A stretch of 64,000 nucleotides of DNA from Octopus bimaculoides. Lineage: Eukaryota. The translations under genes were made by a program, and so were the position numbers. The notes under the pieces are model-generated. The model was not told where the DNA came from, made no database searches, and was given only the letters and a program-made list of their open reading frames with translations. Below, one piece after another: positions 14,277-25,446 of the stretch; position 1 is the stretch's first letter; each line of letters starts with the position of its first letter. The stretch covers positions 156,295,176 through 156,359,175 of the forward strand of contig NC_068981.1 of NCBI RefSeq assembly GCF_001194135.2. The letters run 5' to 3'.

Positions 14277-17200
14277 TCACACACACACTCTCCCTCTCTT
14301 TCTCTATCTCTCTCACTTTCTCTCTCTCTCTCTCGCACACACAACACACACACACACACACAACAAGCTTCTTTCGTCTTCCATCTATCAAATCTAAGTC
14401 ATGGCTTTAGTTGGTTTGGATCCGACTGAAGTAGAAGACACTTGCCCAAGATGGGTATCCTTATTCACAGATTCGCTTAATGATGACTTTTTTCTAGGTT
14501 CATTCAGTAAGTAATGAATCATTATAGAAGTTTCATTACTGTAATAAGGTAATTAGACTTTAATGCAAAAAAATTCAATAAAGGTAGATTGTTTCATTTA
14601 AATGCTATTAACTAGGTATTAAAGAACAGTAAAAAATTTGATTAAAGTTATACTGATGTTAGTGAAGGCATGTAGCCTGGAGATTAGCACACTATACTCA
14701 CAACCATAAGATTGTGGTTTCAATTCCTGTGCCAGGCATGTGTTGTGTTGTTGAGCAAAACACTTCATTTCACATTACTCCAGTTCACTCAGCTATAAAC
14801 CAGTCCCAGCAATAGCTAGGAAGTTAATCTTGTGATGGGACCAGCTTACCATTCAATGGGACTCTTATGACGTCAGTCACTTGTACACAATGGAAATCAA
14901 ATTAAAAAACAAAATTGGGGTCTTATGAGTCTAGGGCTTATGACAGACCAATACAGACTAGATTTGCAAACTAGACAAGTTACACCAGTAATTCAGGAAA
15001 ATAATTATTTAAATATAAAAATAAACATACACAAGTATCTAAAATGAAGCGCTTTGTTATTTTTTTCTTTGACTTTTAGAGCATGTTTAGTATTGGCTCT
15101 AAGTTTACTAAAGTAATCTTGTGAAAAACAACTGTGCTTCCATACTTTTGAAAATTGCAATCAGTAATACATGCCCCATCCCTCAGAAAATATACACACA
15201 CACACACACATCTTTTTGAGTAAATATCCTATATACTTTTTTAGTCATTTAAGATCTGCAATAGTGGTTTGGCTATGCTTCACTGATAATGTCTAATGAG
15301 ACCGACAGATGTCTGATATTGTCATAGCACTGCTAAAGATCAGACTCACTTCACTCTGCATTCCATACTTAATTAATTTTAATTATTTGAAATCTCATAT
15401 TTAAAAGAAAATATAAAAATTAGTCTTTTAAATTATGATTGTTCTCATCACCAAGGGTGCCATTTTTATTGATTAATTTTTTTAATTTATGACATCAAAG
15501 ATACTAGCTTCCATTTTACTACAATATTTGCTCTACTTGCTGATAAGGGAAAAAAGACTTAGTTATCAATTAAGATTGCTTTTCTTTTTATACATAGATT
15601 AACATACTTAGTTTAATATTCCAGTCATTAAATATAGTTTCACTTAAATAACTCTCTGCATTTACTCTAGAAATGTTTAAGCAGATTTTATATTGAGAAT
15701 CAAAGTAAAGTAAAATTATTCATCCTTTGCTGCATTTGTCCATTTGATTATTCCATTGTAATTATAAAGAAACCGTCATGATTCGGTTTCTACTACGAAG
15801 TCTCTTCTATATTATAGTCCTCCAGTTCCACTGAAGTCCTCGCAAGCAAACTTCCATTTACAAGATTTTTATATGATGATAGCATTAAGCCTGTTTGTGA
15901 GGTAAATTTACTTATATCTTTGTGTAAAAATGTAATTTGAAGCATTTTGGATGTACTTGTGTTGGAAGCTTCATAATGCTCTCAATGTTTTACAAAAATT
16001 ATATTTCTCTTGGCATTTCTAATGTATATAAATCACATTTTGTTGGTTTTGGAGGGACTGCAAAAGTTACAGATTCAACCTATCCTCATTAGTAATAAAA
16101 AAAAAAGGACTTAAATTGGTCAAACTAAAATAATATGCTTGTTGCTGGCATTTCATTCAACATTGGAGAGTTACTTATTATATGAGAAAATAGTTCTTAA
16201 AAGATAAAGCTAGAGATTTGTTTGAATTGTTTTTGTTCTTTAAGCAGTTTATTAAATTGTTAAACATCGCAGAGATGTCCTGCTTGAAATAGTGGGTTGG
16301 GACCTAAACTAATTTGATGTTTTACTGCCGTGAGTTCAAGTCTCACAAGATGACTTTGTGCAACATGATACCTCATGCAAGGAAACATTTCAGTGTTGCA
16401 TTGTTGAGAGAGGAATGGTGAAAGTAGCAGTAAAGGTATTATTGTTGGCCATGCACACAAAGCAAAAAACACAGGTTTTAAATTCTTGAAAATGGGTCTG
16501 TGATTGTTTTTCTATTTCAAATTGTTTTACAAATGTAAAACATTTACTAGTGTTTATATATGAAACTGCTGTGGGGTCATGACATAGACATTGAATGTGT
16601 ATGTACATGCTTTGGTATGTATATTTATATGCATATATATATATTGGGTCATCCCATAAATAATGTTTTTTTTTTTTCAATTGCATGAACTAAAAGTCAG
16701 AGAGGGAAGAGAAAAGCTACCTACATCAACTTGCTATAAAAGCAGGTAGTAATTCTACCTTGTCTTGACTGAAACAAGTAAAAATTAAAGAATATATATA
16801 TATATTGGGTCATCCTATAAATAATGGCGGTTTTTTCAATTGTATGAACTAAAAGTTGGATAAACTACCCGCTTCAACTTGCTATAAAAGCAGGTATTAA
16901 TTTAACCTTGTCCTTATCCTTAATGCTGTTCTAAAGAGTGCAGTTCGATTTTAACAGTTATTTTTCCAAAGCTGTAATGGAAGTAACAAAGGAGCATATT
17001 CGGCATATTTTGCTCTATGAGTTCAATAAAGGTAACAAAGCAATGGAAAGTGTGAGGAATATTAATGCAGTATATGGGGATTGGACAACAAGCGTAAGTG
17101 GTTCCAGAAATTCCGAGCTAGAAACTACAACCTAGAAGATGCAGAGCTTAATGATGATTTCTTACAAACCCTGGTGGAACAAAATCTCGTAACTGTTGAA

Positions 17201-19127
17201 AAACTAGCAGAGAAGCTTGGATTTGGTCATTCAACCATTCATCAACATCTGCATGCCATCAGAAAAGTCAGCAAATTGGGTCAGTGGGTTCCTCACAAAT
17301 TTTCCGAGTCTAATCATGTGCAGAGAGTGAGTGTGTGCTCTTTTTTGCTGTCATGTCTCACAAATGAACCTTTATTGGACCAAATAGTGACTGGTGTTGA
17401 GAAATGGATTCTCTATAAAAATGTCAAGCACCGAAGACAGCAGGTAGGAAAAAGAGAAACACCGGCACCTCAGGCTAAAGAAGGTCTACACCCACATAAG
17501 GTGTTGTTATCTAATTGATGGGATATGAAAGGTTTAGTCCACTTTGAACTTTTAAACCCAAACCAAACAATAGCAAAAGAGATCTACTGTGAGCAGCTTA
17601 AGTCAGTGCTAGAAGAAAAACGACCATCTTTGGTTTCAAGATGAAAGATGTTCTTCCATCAGGATAATGCTCGGCCACATACAGTGAGGATGACATTCTA
17701 AAGGCTGGAGCAGTTTGAATGGGAAGCAATGCCCCACCCACCATATTTGCCAGACATTGCGCCATCTGATTATCATTTATTCCACAGTCTTCAAAATGGA
17801 TCTTCTATCGAAAGGTTAAACGTCGTAAACAGTGGCTTGGTAAAAGGGAAGAAGCTCAACCACAACCGAGAAGGGAACTTCATGAGAAAAAGGTTCTTCT
17901 CTCTATCTGGTGGGATTGCAAAGGAGTAATTCATTTTGAATTGTTACCTCTAGTGCAACAATTAATGCTCAAGTCTACTGTCAGCAATTAGAGCGTTTGA
18001 ACCAAGCTTTGAAGAAAAAAAAACCCGCTTTAGTGAATCGAAAAGTAGTGATGTTTCATCAGGACAATGCATGACCCCACACTGCAAAGATCGCATCACA
18101 GAAGATCGAAGAGCTTGGGAAAAAATTCCTCATCCACGTTATTCTCCCAACCTTGCTCCTTCAGACAACCATTTGTTTCATAGTTTACAGAATCATTTGT
18201 GGGACATAACTTTCGCAAGCCAGGAGGAGGTCGAAACTGACATTTCAGAGATCTTTGCTTTGAAACCAAAAGAGTTTTACATTGCTGGGATTAAAAAGCT
18301 TGTAAATAGATGGAAGGAAGTCATAGTTAATCAGGGAAAGTACATTGATGATTAAATTTCAATTAAGTATAACATTTGATCATTTGTTTTCTTTATTCAA
18401 AATTTGGACACAACTTATGGGATGACCTGATAGTTGAGACTGAAGATAATGAAACTGAGGCTGACGATGACAAATTTGAGATTGACATTTTGACATTGAT
18501 GTGATTGAGGTTGATAATATAGAATTTGATAGGTAACCCTGTATATTAAGTAAAGAGGCATATTCTACCAAACATTTGAATCAATTATTACTACACAACT
18601 ACACAAAATTCTGTATTGATATGTAATTGTGTTAACTGTAAAATGATAATTATAATGTGTAATTGAATGGTTTATAATATCTTTGTTATCAACAGTTTCA
18701 TTTTAGCATTTGTTATCATTGCTATTATTTAATCTAAACCATCACTGGATTAGCTGACCAAGGGTTAAAATATTCCAACCTGATATTTTTATATCCAGCA
18801 CTATATTTTCCAGTGTGTATTTCCTTTAAGATATGATTTGAGAGAGGTTTCAGTACTATTTCTAGCAAGTTGAATGACTGCATAGACGCTCTTGCACTGG
18901 GTTGCTCCTTTGTAGTTTCTGAGTTTATTCTTTTGTTCTTTTATTCGTTTTAGTCATTTGACTGCAGCCATGTTGGGGCACCACCTTTAGTCGAACAAAT
19001 TGGCCCCAGGATTTATTCTTGGAAGTCTAGTACTTATTTTAAGTCTTATTTGCTGAACCATTAAGTTACAGGTTTGTATACACCCCAACATAGGTTGTGA
19101 AGCAATGGTGGGGAGATACACAAATAC

Positions 19128-19174
<47 letters not shown>

Positions 19175-21177
19175 GCTTCTTTCAGTTTCTGTCTACCAAG
19201 TCCACTTACAAGGCTTTGGTTGGCTTGAAGCTATAGTATAATGACACTTGCCCAAGGTGCCATGCAGTGGGACTGAACACAGAACCATGTGATTGGGAAG
19301 CAAGCTTCTTACCACACAACCACTCCTGCGCTGTTGAATAAAATAAATAAATTTTTGTGATGAAATACTAATTTAATGAACAGCTTTTATTTTCAGCTAC
19401 CATTTGCTAAAGAAATATATATTATTGTCCTTCTACTATTCTTTAATGGTGTGTGCAGGAGGCTGGGGTTAGAATTCATCTTATGAAAGTATAAGATGAC
19501 ATAATTTCAAGCCTTTTCTTAACGTTGGTTTTTCATATTTCTAAGAACTCTACAAATTCTAGATTACCCCAGTTCATTTCATCTTGAGCTATTGGTACAT
19601 AAGGTTGGCAATAAAGTATTTAGCCCAGTTTTGTCTTTCAGCCACTTAATATTATACAGAAGCTGGAATTAAGGTAGCCTTATCTTAGCTGTTCACCCAA
19701 TTCTCATCTGGTTTGGCTTTATTGTCTCATCTCCTGTTATGTTTAATTTTTTTCTCTCTCCTTCAACCTGAAAGTAACCAATACATGATAATTTACTTCA
19801 TCCAGATTATGTCATTTATTCTATTAGCTGCTGCTGCTATAAAAAAATCTTCCAATGTGTCTCATTCTCTCTTAACCTTTTCATTTATTAAGTTTATTTT
19901 GTTCGTGTAATAGTAGATAGAATATTCTAGAATATTCTATTCACTTACTCTACTATTCTTGTAAAACTGTATCATCATCATTGTCACTATCATCATCAAC
20001 ATCTGCTGTAACGGATTTGACATTTAGTATCAGGATTCTTCACTACATCATTTAGTATTCACTTTTCCATGTTTGCATGTATCTTGTGAGTAAATTTGGC
20101 AAACTGAAACTGTAAAAAGCCTCTCATGCAATATGTTTTTATAGTGTGTCTGTGTGTGTGTTCTTCTCAACTTCACATTTGCACAGTGGTTTTAAACTAA
20201 ACCACTGTTCATACAAGTGGTATAATTTGTTTGGCCTCTCTGACCATTGAGCTCTTTGTTCAAAGGATTAGGAGAAATGTTGTCTTGCTTGGAAACAGGC
20301 AATGGTTGGCAACAGGAAGAGAATCCAGCCTTCTGTTTTTCCATACTAGCATTGGTTAGATGAATGAGGATTTATTTGTGACGGTATTTTATTCCCAGAT
20401 GCCTTTCCTATTACTGACCTTTGCATGCTTTTCAAGTAGTGGATGTTTTTCATTACACTGGCTCTCAAAAGCACTGTAGTTTGTTATTATGGCAACATGC
20501 AAAGCCATGAAATGCCAACATCTGCACACGTACATGGGCACACACATATATACAAAGACGAAGGGAAGATAATTTTATGAATTAAGAATCTCTCGAAGTT
20601 AATTTATATTCCTAGAAGAAAGAGAGTTTTATCCTTGTTTGTAAGAAGGGGGTGTAACTATGGACATGTTTCGATCTATTAGATTTCATTAGCTTAAAAT
20701 AGTCTACTAAATTCTGCTTGACAAAGATTTTTACATGAAGTAAGAATAATTTTTGGGCCAGTAATATTTGCATAATTCAAAATTTTGTCCGTTTTTTTTT
20801 TGCAAATGCCATTCAATAGGGATCCCTAAAGAGATACAATAAGTTATTTTGTATGTATCACTCAATGACATTCTTAATACTTTTACTGAAAATTACTTTT
20901 CCTTTAACACCGTTTTACATATTTAACATACGGTTCTTAAATTTCTCTTGTATTTATATACTGTTTTCTCTTGCAGACACCACCTGAAAATAATGATATG
21001 TTTGAAATATTATCAATGGACAATGATACCCAAGAGACAGATGTATCTCCATTTGTTCCTGGACCTATTGGTGCTGAAGGACCTTCTCCTTCTATATCAG
21101 ATTTAGATGGCCTTGATGAAAACACTACTTCCATATCCAGTCCATTTCAATTGACTACTTCCGATCCAAATGGTTGA
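889..21177 (+). CDS. DNTTIP1: Deoxynucleotidyltransferase terminal-interacting protein 1 (MiDAC subunit), 5'-partial, 9 visible exons, 294 aa in window
   Basis: Exons 889-960, 2435-2463, 3681-3741, 5416-5474, 6911-6971, 8810-8934, 10923-11115, 15818-15901, 20977-21177; all AG/GT bounded and phase-compatible (885 nt including TGA). Spliced peptide contains KKGRPP (AT-hook-like) and WDPERLISETLFVMGARANKALGFGATRGRLYIKHPELFKYSGDQDDKQWLFDNHHMPAIGGKAYILL, which matches the recalled DNTTIP1 C-terminal DNA-binding domain. The N-terminal dimerisation domain must lie upstream of the window. Confidence 0.93.
2435..2463 (+). CDS. DNTTIP1: DNTTIP1 29-nt microexon (KKGRPPTHSG, AT-hook-like)
   Basis: ttttcacag acceptor, gtaagt donor, phase 0-2 fits both neighbours. 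Confidence 0.85.
3681..3741 (+). CDS. DNTTIP1: DNTTIP1 exon (RVTPQKSIRSVEPLKREGPK)
   Basis: tatttcttag / gtaagc, phase 2-0. Confidence 0.85.
3870..4238 (-). mobile_element. SINE family 2
   Basis: tacttgtttcagtcattggactgc tail, caaggcattggtcggccc, gggcttgaacc head. Confidence 0.65.
4679..5130 (+). mobile_element. Two tandem family-1 SINEs (4679-4897, 4907-5130)
   Basis: Each has ggc(g)a(a)ctggcagaa, g(a)gttcaaattcc, ggggtt and ccaaaatttgaaa-like 3' end. Confidence 0.75.
5416..5474 (+). CDS. DNTTIP1: DNTTIP1 exon (WDPERLISETLFVMGARANK)
   Basis: tttcag / gtaagt, conserved DNTTIP1 motif. Confidence 0.95.
5700..6745 (+). mobile_element. RTE-clade LINE fragment (endonuclease end, linker, RT start) with nested antisense tail copy at 5912-6221
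   Basis: FPGEECTPQHRLVVSDF, LDEMRFGFVPG*STADAIF motifs; stops and frameshifts. Confidence 0.8.
6911..6971 (+). CDS. DNTTIP1: DNTTIP1 exon (ALGFGATRGRLYIKHPELFK)
   Basis: ttcttttag / gtaagt, conserved motif. Confidence 0.95.
7880..8736 (-). mobile_element. Internally deleted maT/Bmmar1-type (DD37D) Tc1/mariner derivative
   Basis: 24-bp TIRs cagggtgttcaggctaaatttgac (20/24 match), TA on both sides. Residual QQDLAPSHT...WPPNS..CNSMDYNVWG with 37 residues between the two Asp; N-terminal remnant at 8368-8553. Confidence 0.85.
8810..8934 (+). CDS. DNTTIP1: DNTTIP1 exon (YSGDQDDKQWLFDNHHMPAIGGKAYILLYNDIENLANTDEYR)
   Basis: tctttacag / gtaagt, conserved motif. Confidence 0.95.
9533..10095. mobile_element. 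Merlin-like MITE copy 1 (563 bp) with internal inverted telomere-repeat hairpin
   Basis: 37-bp TIRs ggatct(a/t)ttttaaaacgggggccacatttttcattaa, 8-bp TSD agtaattg; GG...CC termini with 8-bp TSD fit Merlin. Confidence 0.8.
10443..10452. other. Assembly gap (10 N)
   Basis: Direct reading. Confidence 0.99.
10923..11115 (+). CDS. DNTTIP1: DNTTIP1 exon (ENPNVILNELVLFKVPLWMLEKMKIQMNALRTD...QPAVIQ)
   Basis: ccattctacag / gtaaat; PLWMLEKM matches the recalled PSWMVEKM region. Confidence 0.92.
11654..11783 (-). mobile_element. Short 5'-truncated RTE-tail copy (young subfamily)
   Basis: 82 bp identical to 5935-6016 and 41805-41886; (cat)n tail. Confidence 0.8.
12510..12762 (+). mobile_element. Young Penelope-type pLTR insertion with 5' inversion, nested in an RTE RT fragment
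   Basis: 12-bp TSD ttagagaaaaaa (12498-12509 / 12763-12774); perfect 50-bp inverted repeat 12506-12555 / 12657-12706; hammerhead-like fold. No ORF, so the PLE assignment is inferred. Confidence 0.65.
12566..12623 (+). ncRNA. Candidate minimal type-I hammerhead ribozyme, G3:C8 core variant
   Basis: tgtca-GTGAACA-g-gttgc-(ggtctcaaa)-gcgac-GAAA-atat-TT-tgaca: stems I and II pair, palindromic stem III, inside a PLE-type insertion. Confidence 0.6.
12823..13055 (-). mobile_element. Older RTE-tail copy
   Basis: catcatcat-ttaacatccgctttccatgctggcatgg...gatgcccttcctaatgccaaccact. Confidence 0.75.
14167..14360. repeat. Compound (CA)n/(CT)n microsatellite
   Basis: Direct reading. Confidence 0.95.
14660..14830 (+). 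mobile_element. SINE family 3 (5' part)
   Basis: gtggttttcaattcc...ttgagcaaaacacttcatttcacattactccagttcactcagct; similar to 31343-31500. Confidence 0.55.
15818..15901 (+). CDS. DNTTIP1: Probable DNTTIP1 exon (SSSSTEVLASKLPFTRFLYDDSIKPVCE)
   Basis: tctcttctatattatag / gtaaat, 84 nt, phase 0-0, open. No homology support, so it could be skipped without breaking the frame. Confidence 0.6.
16644..16764 (+). mobile_element. Mariner family A isolated 5' end
   Basis: TA + ttgggtcatcccataaataatg TIR, homologous to 16805 onward. Confidence 0.7.
16805..18430 (+). mobile_element. Chimeric dead mariner (DD34D): family A 5' part (16805-17797) fused to family B 3' part (17793-18430)
   Basis: MEVTKEHIRHILLYEF..., WVPHK, HQDNARPH, APSDYHLF, then a switch at shared aaaat into KWIFY...HQDNA*PHT...SPNLAPSD; right TIR acttatgggatgacctga + TA. 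Confidence 0.88.
18935..19330 (-). mobile_element. SINE family 2 with internal (TA)n
   Basis: cacttgcccaaggtgccatgcagtgggactgaac...gggaagcaagcttcttaccac. Confidence 0.75.
20977..21177 (+). CDS. DNTTIP1: DNTTIP1 terminal coding exon (acidic, Ser/Pro-rich tail ending DPNG*)
   Basis: ttttctcttgcag acceptor, phase 0, 66 codons plus TGA, coding-like composition. Confidence 0.78.
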   Translation, partial: TPPENNDMFEILSMDNDTQETDVSPFVPGPIGAEGPSPSISDLDGLDENTTSISSPFQLTTSDPNG

Positions 21178-22971
21178 TTTTTTTTTTTGTTTTGATTTTT
21201 TTTTTTGTTTTTTTTTCCATTGAGTGATCCTCTTGGTTGACTCCTAACAAAAGCACCAACTTCAGTCACAATTAAACTGACTGACTGATCCTATTTTTCT
21301 AGATTTATTCAAAGTTCATGTTGGTGCTATCATGTTTTCTATGCTATGGATCTAAATGGAACTGACTTGGACTCAGGGCTGCAACTGACATCAACAAACT
21401 CCTGCATATTAGTGTGCAATGAAATTCAATATGAAGTGTATGATAATCTCTTATCTCCATGCAGCCATTGTTGGGTGATCACAAGCATAAAACAAACTTT
21501 TGAAAAGACAGAACAAATTTTGTTTCTCTCCTATTTGTAATTATTGTTTCCTGTGTACTCAAGTTTAATCTTAACCTTTTATTGAAAGACAAAGAAAAAA
21601 ATATGCCTTTATTTTTAAAATTCTATTTTCTTTCTAGGAAAAAAATATTGTAATTAATAGGCATGCAGACTTTTGGGGAAAAGCATTTTTAAGCAACTGT
21701 TGTTTGTTTTATATTTTATCTCTAAAATGATATATAAAAGAAATGAAATGAATATTGTTTTTAAATATTTGTTTTAAATTGTTTTTCTTTTCCATATTAT
21801 TTGAGGTAGGAGAAAGATTTTACTTTGAACATATTAACTTTTACAGATTTTGCTATTTATCAGTTCAGAAGCCAGAAGATGTAATAGTCTCAAAAAAAAA
21901 AAAAGAAAGAAAGCAATGAAAATATTAAACCTACTAATAGAGCATCATACTTAAGCACTTACACTTGTATATTACAAGACACAAAAGAGCAAATACTGTT
22001 TGAAGCATTAAATTGAATGAAAGAAATTTAACGAACAGCATTCCATCATTTGCAAATGTTGTGAACCAAAAGGAATCACTCTAAGAGAAGGAGTGCACAA
22101 GGTGTCAAAAAAGACAATGCTATTTCTTTTCTCTCTTTTTTTTTTTTTTTAAATGATTAATTTGAAAGAAGGGCAGTGCCAGTAACCCTTTTCAAAGACT
22201 CCAAGGCTGGTGGGATGAAGTTATCTTCAAACTGAAGGCCTAGCCCAAATGCTTGCAAGAGAATAGACTCCATTGAAAGTACTCAAGGGCTAGGGGGGAG
22301 TGTTAAAGATTAACAACTTATCTAGAAATAACAAGGAGGAAGGTAACATACCTGTGTTTTTCAATAAAAAAAGAAAAGAAAAGAAAACCATAGTGTGTTT
22401 CCATATACCCTCAAAAGCAGAGTTGGAAGAAGCCCTGGCTGATGTGTTACAGGGCAGACCATATGGGAGCATGTGCCTCGTTTTTAAGACTGAGGAGACA
22501 GGCAGAGCTGTAGTACCCCATACCTGCTCCTCTCACACTGGTGCAATGCAAGTATTATATCCTGAGATATTTGTATTGATGTTGACTTATCATTATCTTT
22601 GTGACATCATATAGGCAAGTGGTTCACATGGAGATGACATGGTTAGGCAGGTTCTGATAGCCTCTGAAGGCCATGAGGTTATTCTTCAACTATACCCCTA
22701 AACTCTATTAAAGGTTTCAAAAAGGATATGAGTCTGCTTGTTGGTGCCAAGTCGATCGCTCAGTTACTACATGTGTAGTGGTAGTTAAAGCCATTCAAGG
22801 AACTTGTAATTAGAAGAGCAAAAAAAAAAGAGAGAAAGAGGTGAGCAAATATGATTAACAATACCAACAAATTCCAGAGGTGAAGACCATGGCTAATATC
22901 ATCACTTTTTCCAGACTATAACCAGTCTTAACTTCTGAAGAAAAGGAAATCCATGTGTATCAAATGTGTGC

Positions 22972-23019
<48 letters not shown>

Positions 23020-23307
23020 TATGTACATCTCCACACATATTTTGCATTGTATGTATAGGACCATGTGGTCAATGAAGGAATAATTATAGAGTGGTGTATT
23101 GACAAAACTGTCAGAGCATAGGAAAAGATACTTTGTGGTATTTCTTCCAACCCTTTACATTCTGAGTTCAAATCCTACCAAAGTTAAATTTGCCTTTAAT
23201 CCCTCCAGGGTTGATAAAATAAAGTACCAGTTATGTAGTGAGGTAGGGGTGGGTTAATGGTATTGACTAATCTTCTCTCCCTCAAGATTGTCTCAAATTT
23301 TGAAACA

Positions 23308-23681
23308 ATTATTACCTCCGCCAAGGAAGGAGGTTATGTTTTCATCGGCGTTGGTTTGTCTGTCTGTGTGCAAAATAACTCAAAAGTTGTGAACGGTATT
23401 TCATGAAACTTGCAGGAAAACTTGGTAATGACACAAGGAACAGATGATGAAATTTTGGTAGTGATCCAGGAATTTTTATGGATTCTTGAAGGATTTTTCA
23501 TTTGTTATATTTACTTTACATGAAGTGTTACAATATTATATTCTTTGATTATCTCCCTTGAAAATATGTTCATTCTTTCCACGTAACCTATGGTGGCATT
23601 GCTGTTTCCAAAGTTTATTTTTGTTTCTCTATTAGTAATTTTACTCATGTATCTATCTTAAAATGAGCTCCTTGGCGGAGG
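23308..23681 (+). mobile_element. Helentron-associated non-autonomous element (HINE/DINE-1-like)
   Basis: Perfect 12-bp subterminal inverted repeat cctccgccaagg (23315-23326) / ccttggcggagg (23670-23681), ggaggttatgttttc and gtct microsatellite; 3' hairpin missing. Confidence 0.7.
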
Positions 23682-23789
23682 ATGACATGACAAGCCTTGA
23701 CTATTGGGATTGACTCAAAAAGCTCAAGCTTTGCTCCCTCCACCACCGCTGTGAGCTCTATATCATCTGTATGATGCAGAAAATATTCC

Positions 23790-24573
23790 ATCAATAATGT
23801 GGTGTGCAAGTGAGATGACTGCGCTGGTATGGTCATGTACGAATAGATGAGGAGAGCTGTGTGAAAAAGTGTCACACCCTGGTGGTTGAGGGAAACTGGA
23901 AGCGGTAGACCCAGGAAGACCTGGGATGGGGTGCACGACCTTCAAACATTAGGCCTCACTAAGGCAATGACTAGTGACTGAGACCTTTGGAAATATGCTG
24001 TGCTTGAGAAGACCCAGCAAGCCAAGTGAGACCATAACCTGTGGCTTATGCCAGTGGTGTAACCAGCCCACTTAGGCATACCTTTCTTTCATTGGACACT
24101 AAACTCTGCTTGTGAAGATCTATTGAGGTAAGTGAAATCGAACTCAAATTCGATGACTGGCATCCGTGCTAGTGGAGCGAGCACCATCCGAGCGTGATTG
24201 TTGACTGGCCCCTGTGCCAGTGGCACATAAAAAGCATCATTCAAGTGTGATTGTTTCCAGTGTTGCCTTACTGGCACAACATTCAAGCGAGGGCGTTGCC
24301 AGTGCCGCTGGACTGGCTCCTGTGCAGGTGACACGTAAAAACACCATTTGAGCATGGCCATTGCCAGAATCGCCTGACTGGCACTCATGCCGGTGGCATG
24401 TAAAAGCACCCACTACACTCTCGGAGTGGTTGGTATTAGGAAGGGCATCCAGCTATAGAAACTCAGCCAGATCAGATTGGAGCCTGGTGCAGCCATCTGG
24501 TTCACCAGTCCCCAGTCAAACCATCCAACCAATGCCAGCATGGAAAGCAGACATTAAATGATGATGATGATGA
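23790..24573 (+). mobile_element. RTE LINE 3' end with long 3' UTR and (GAT)n tail
   Basis: LRWYGHV...GRPRKTW...LEKTQQAK remnant followed by aagggcatccagct...agcatggaaagc..ttaaatgatgatgat. Confidence 0.8.
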
Positions 24574-24574
24574 T

Positions 24575-24930
24575 TTCTCATCTTTAAAATTTGTCCGAGG
24601 CTTGGCCCCTGTGCCATCCATCTACTACAGAAATGTTGGTGTTGTATCACAACACTATGACAGAACTATTTCACCTCAATTGGCCCTGCTCTCTTCAACA
24701 TCGTACCAGATACACATAAAGGAGGAAAGTGACTTCACAACATTCAAACGATCCCTAGATAATTACCCCCAACAAATACCAGATAAGCCACCCACACCCA
24801 GATATGTCTCTGAAAACAATAACCCTCTGCTTGAATGGGCTACAGTTCCCCAGAGCTGACTGTGTATCTCTTCCAGGTGGTGCTATTAAATTAAACATGA
24901 CCTGAGTCAACTTCAGCCGAAACTTATCTA
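24575..24930 (+). mobile_element. CR1/L2-group LINE 3' fragment
   Basis: HIKEESDFTTFKRSLDNY..QIPDKPPTPRYVSENNN.LLEW remnant followed by a short UTR and taatc tail. Confidence 0.55.
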
Positions 24931-25309
24931 AGTAATCTAATCTATGCTGTAACTTTTTAATCAAAGCATGACAACATGGGTAGAGGCTGATATCTTAACA
25001 TTTCTGATGGTCTTAAGTATAAAAAAAAATTATTAAAGATTTATATAGAACTACATTCAGAATATGTCTATAAGCTATTGTACTTAGCCCTGGTTTCTAT
25101 CCTCAAACAGTTCCGTTTTGTAGATGCCTTTTTTTTTTTATTAATAAAGCACTCCGAAATTAGAAAAATCAAAAATCTGCAACAATCTTGGTCCCATGAG
25201 TATCAGATAATGGATTTTCAACTGTGTAAAGAAACTGATTGTGGTGATCGTAGTTTTGACGGTGATTGTGGGGAAAGCAGAGACAGTGTTGATGACAATG
25301 GTCGAGATA

Positions 25310-25437
25310 AGTATGGGAGGAGGTTATCTTTTTGCCAGCATTGGTTTGGGAAATTGGGCGATTTTCCACATGCATGTATATGGGTGGAAATGAGCTGCTT
25401 GGCAGTGGCCTGCGCTCTGCGAATGCTTTTCTAGTTA
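25310..25437 (+). mobile_element. Internally deleted HINE-like element
   Basis: ggaggaggttatctttt 5' part and ttggcagtggcctgcgctctgcgaatgcttttctagtt 3' end. Confidence 0.5.
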
Positions 25438-25446
25438 TAATTATTG

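Noticed and set aside
14037-14429. Several overlapping 70-130 aa ORFs rich in HT/LS/ER/VC
   Set aside because: Translations of (CA)n/(CT)n microsatellite.
15770-15901. Longer version of the DNTTIP1 15.8-kb exon using the AG at 15768-15769
   Set aside because: Gives AAA CCG TCA TGA (stop) in the required phase-0 frame.
24901-24925. cctgagtcaacttcagccgaaac as a hammerhead
   Set aside because: The core does not fit (no 3:8 pair); it is a simple ctga/tcag stem-loop in a LINE 3' UTR.
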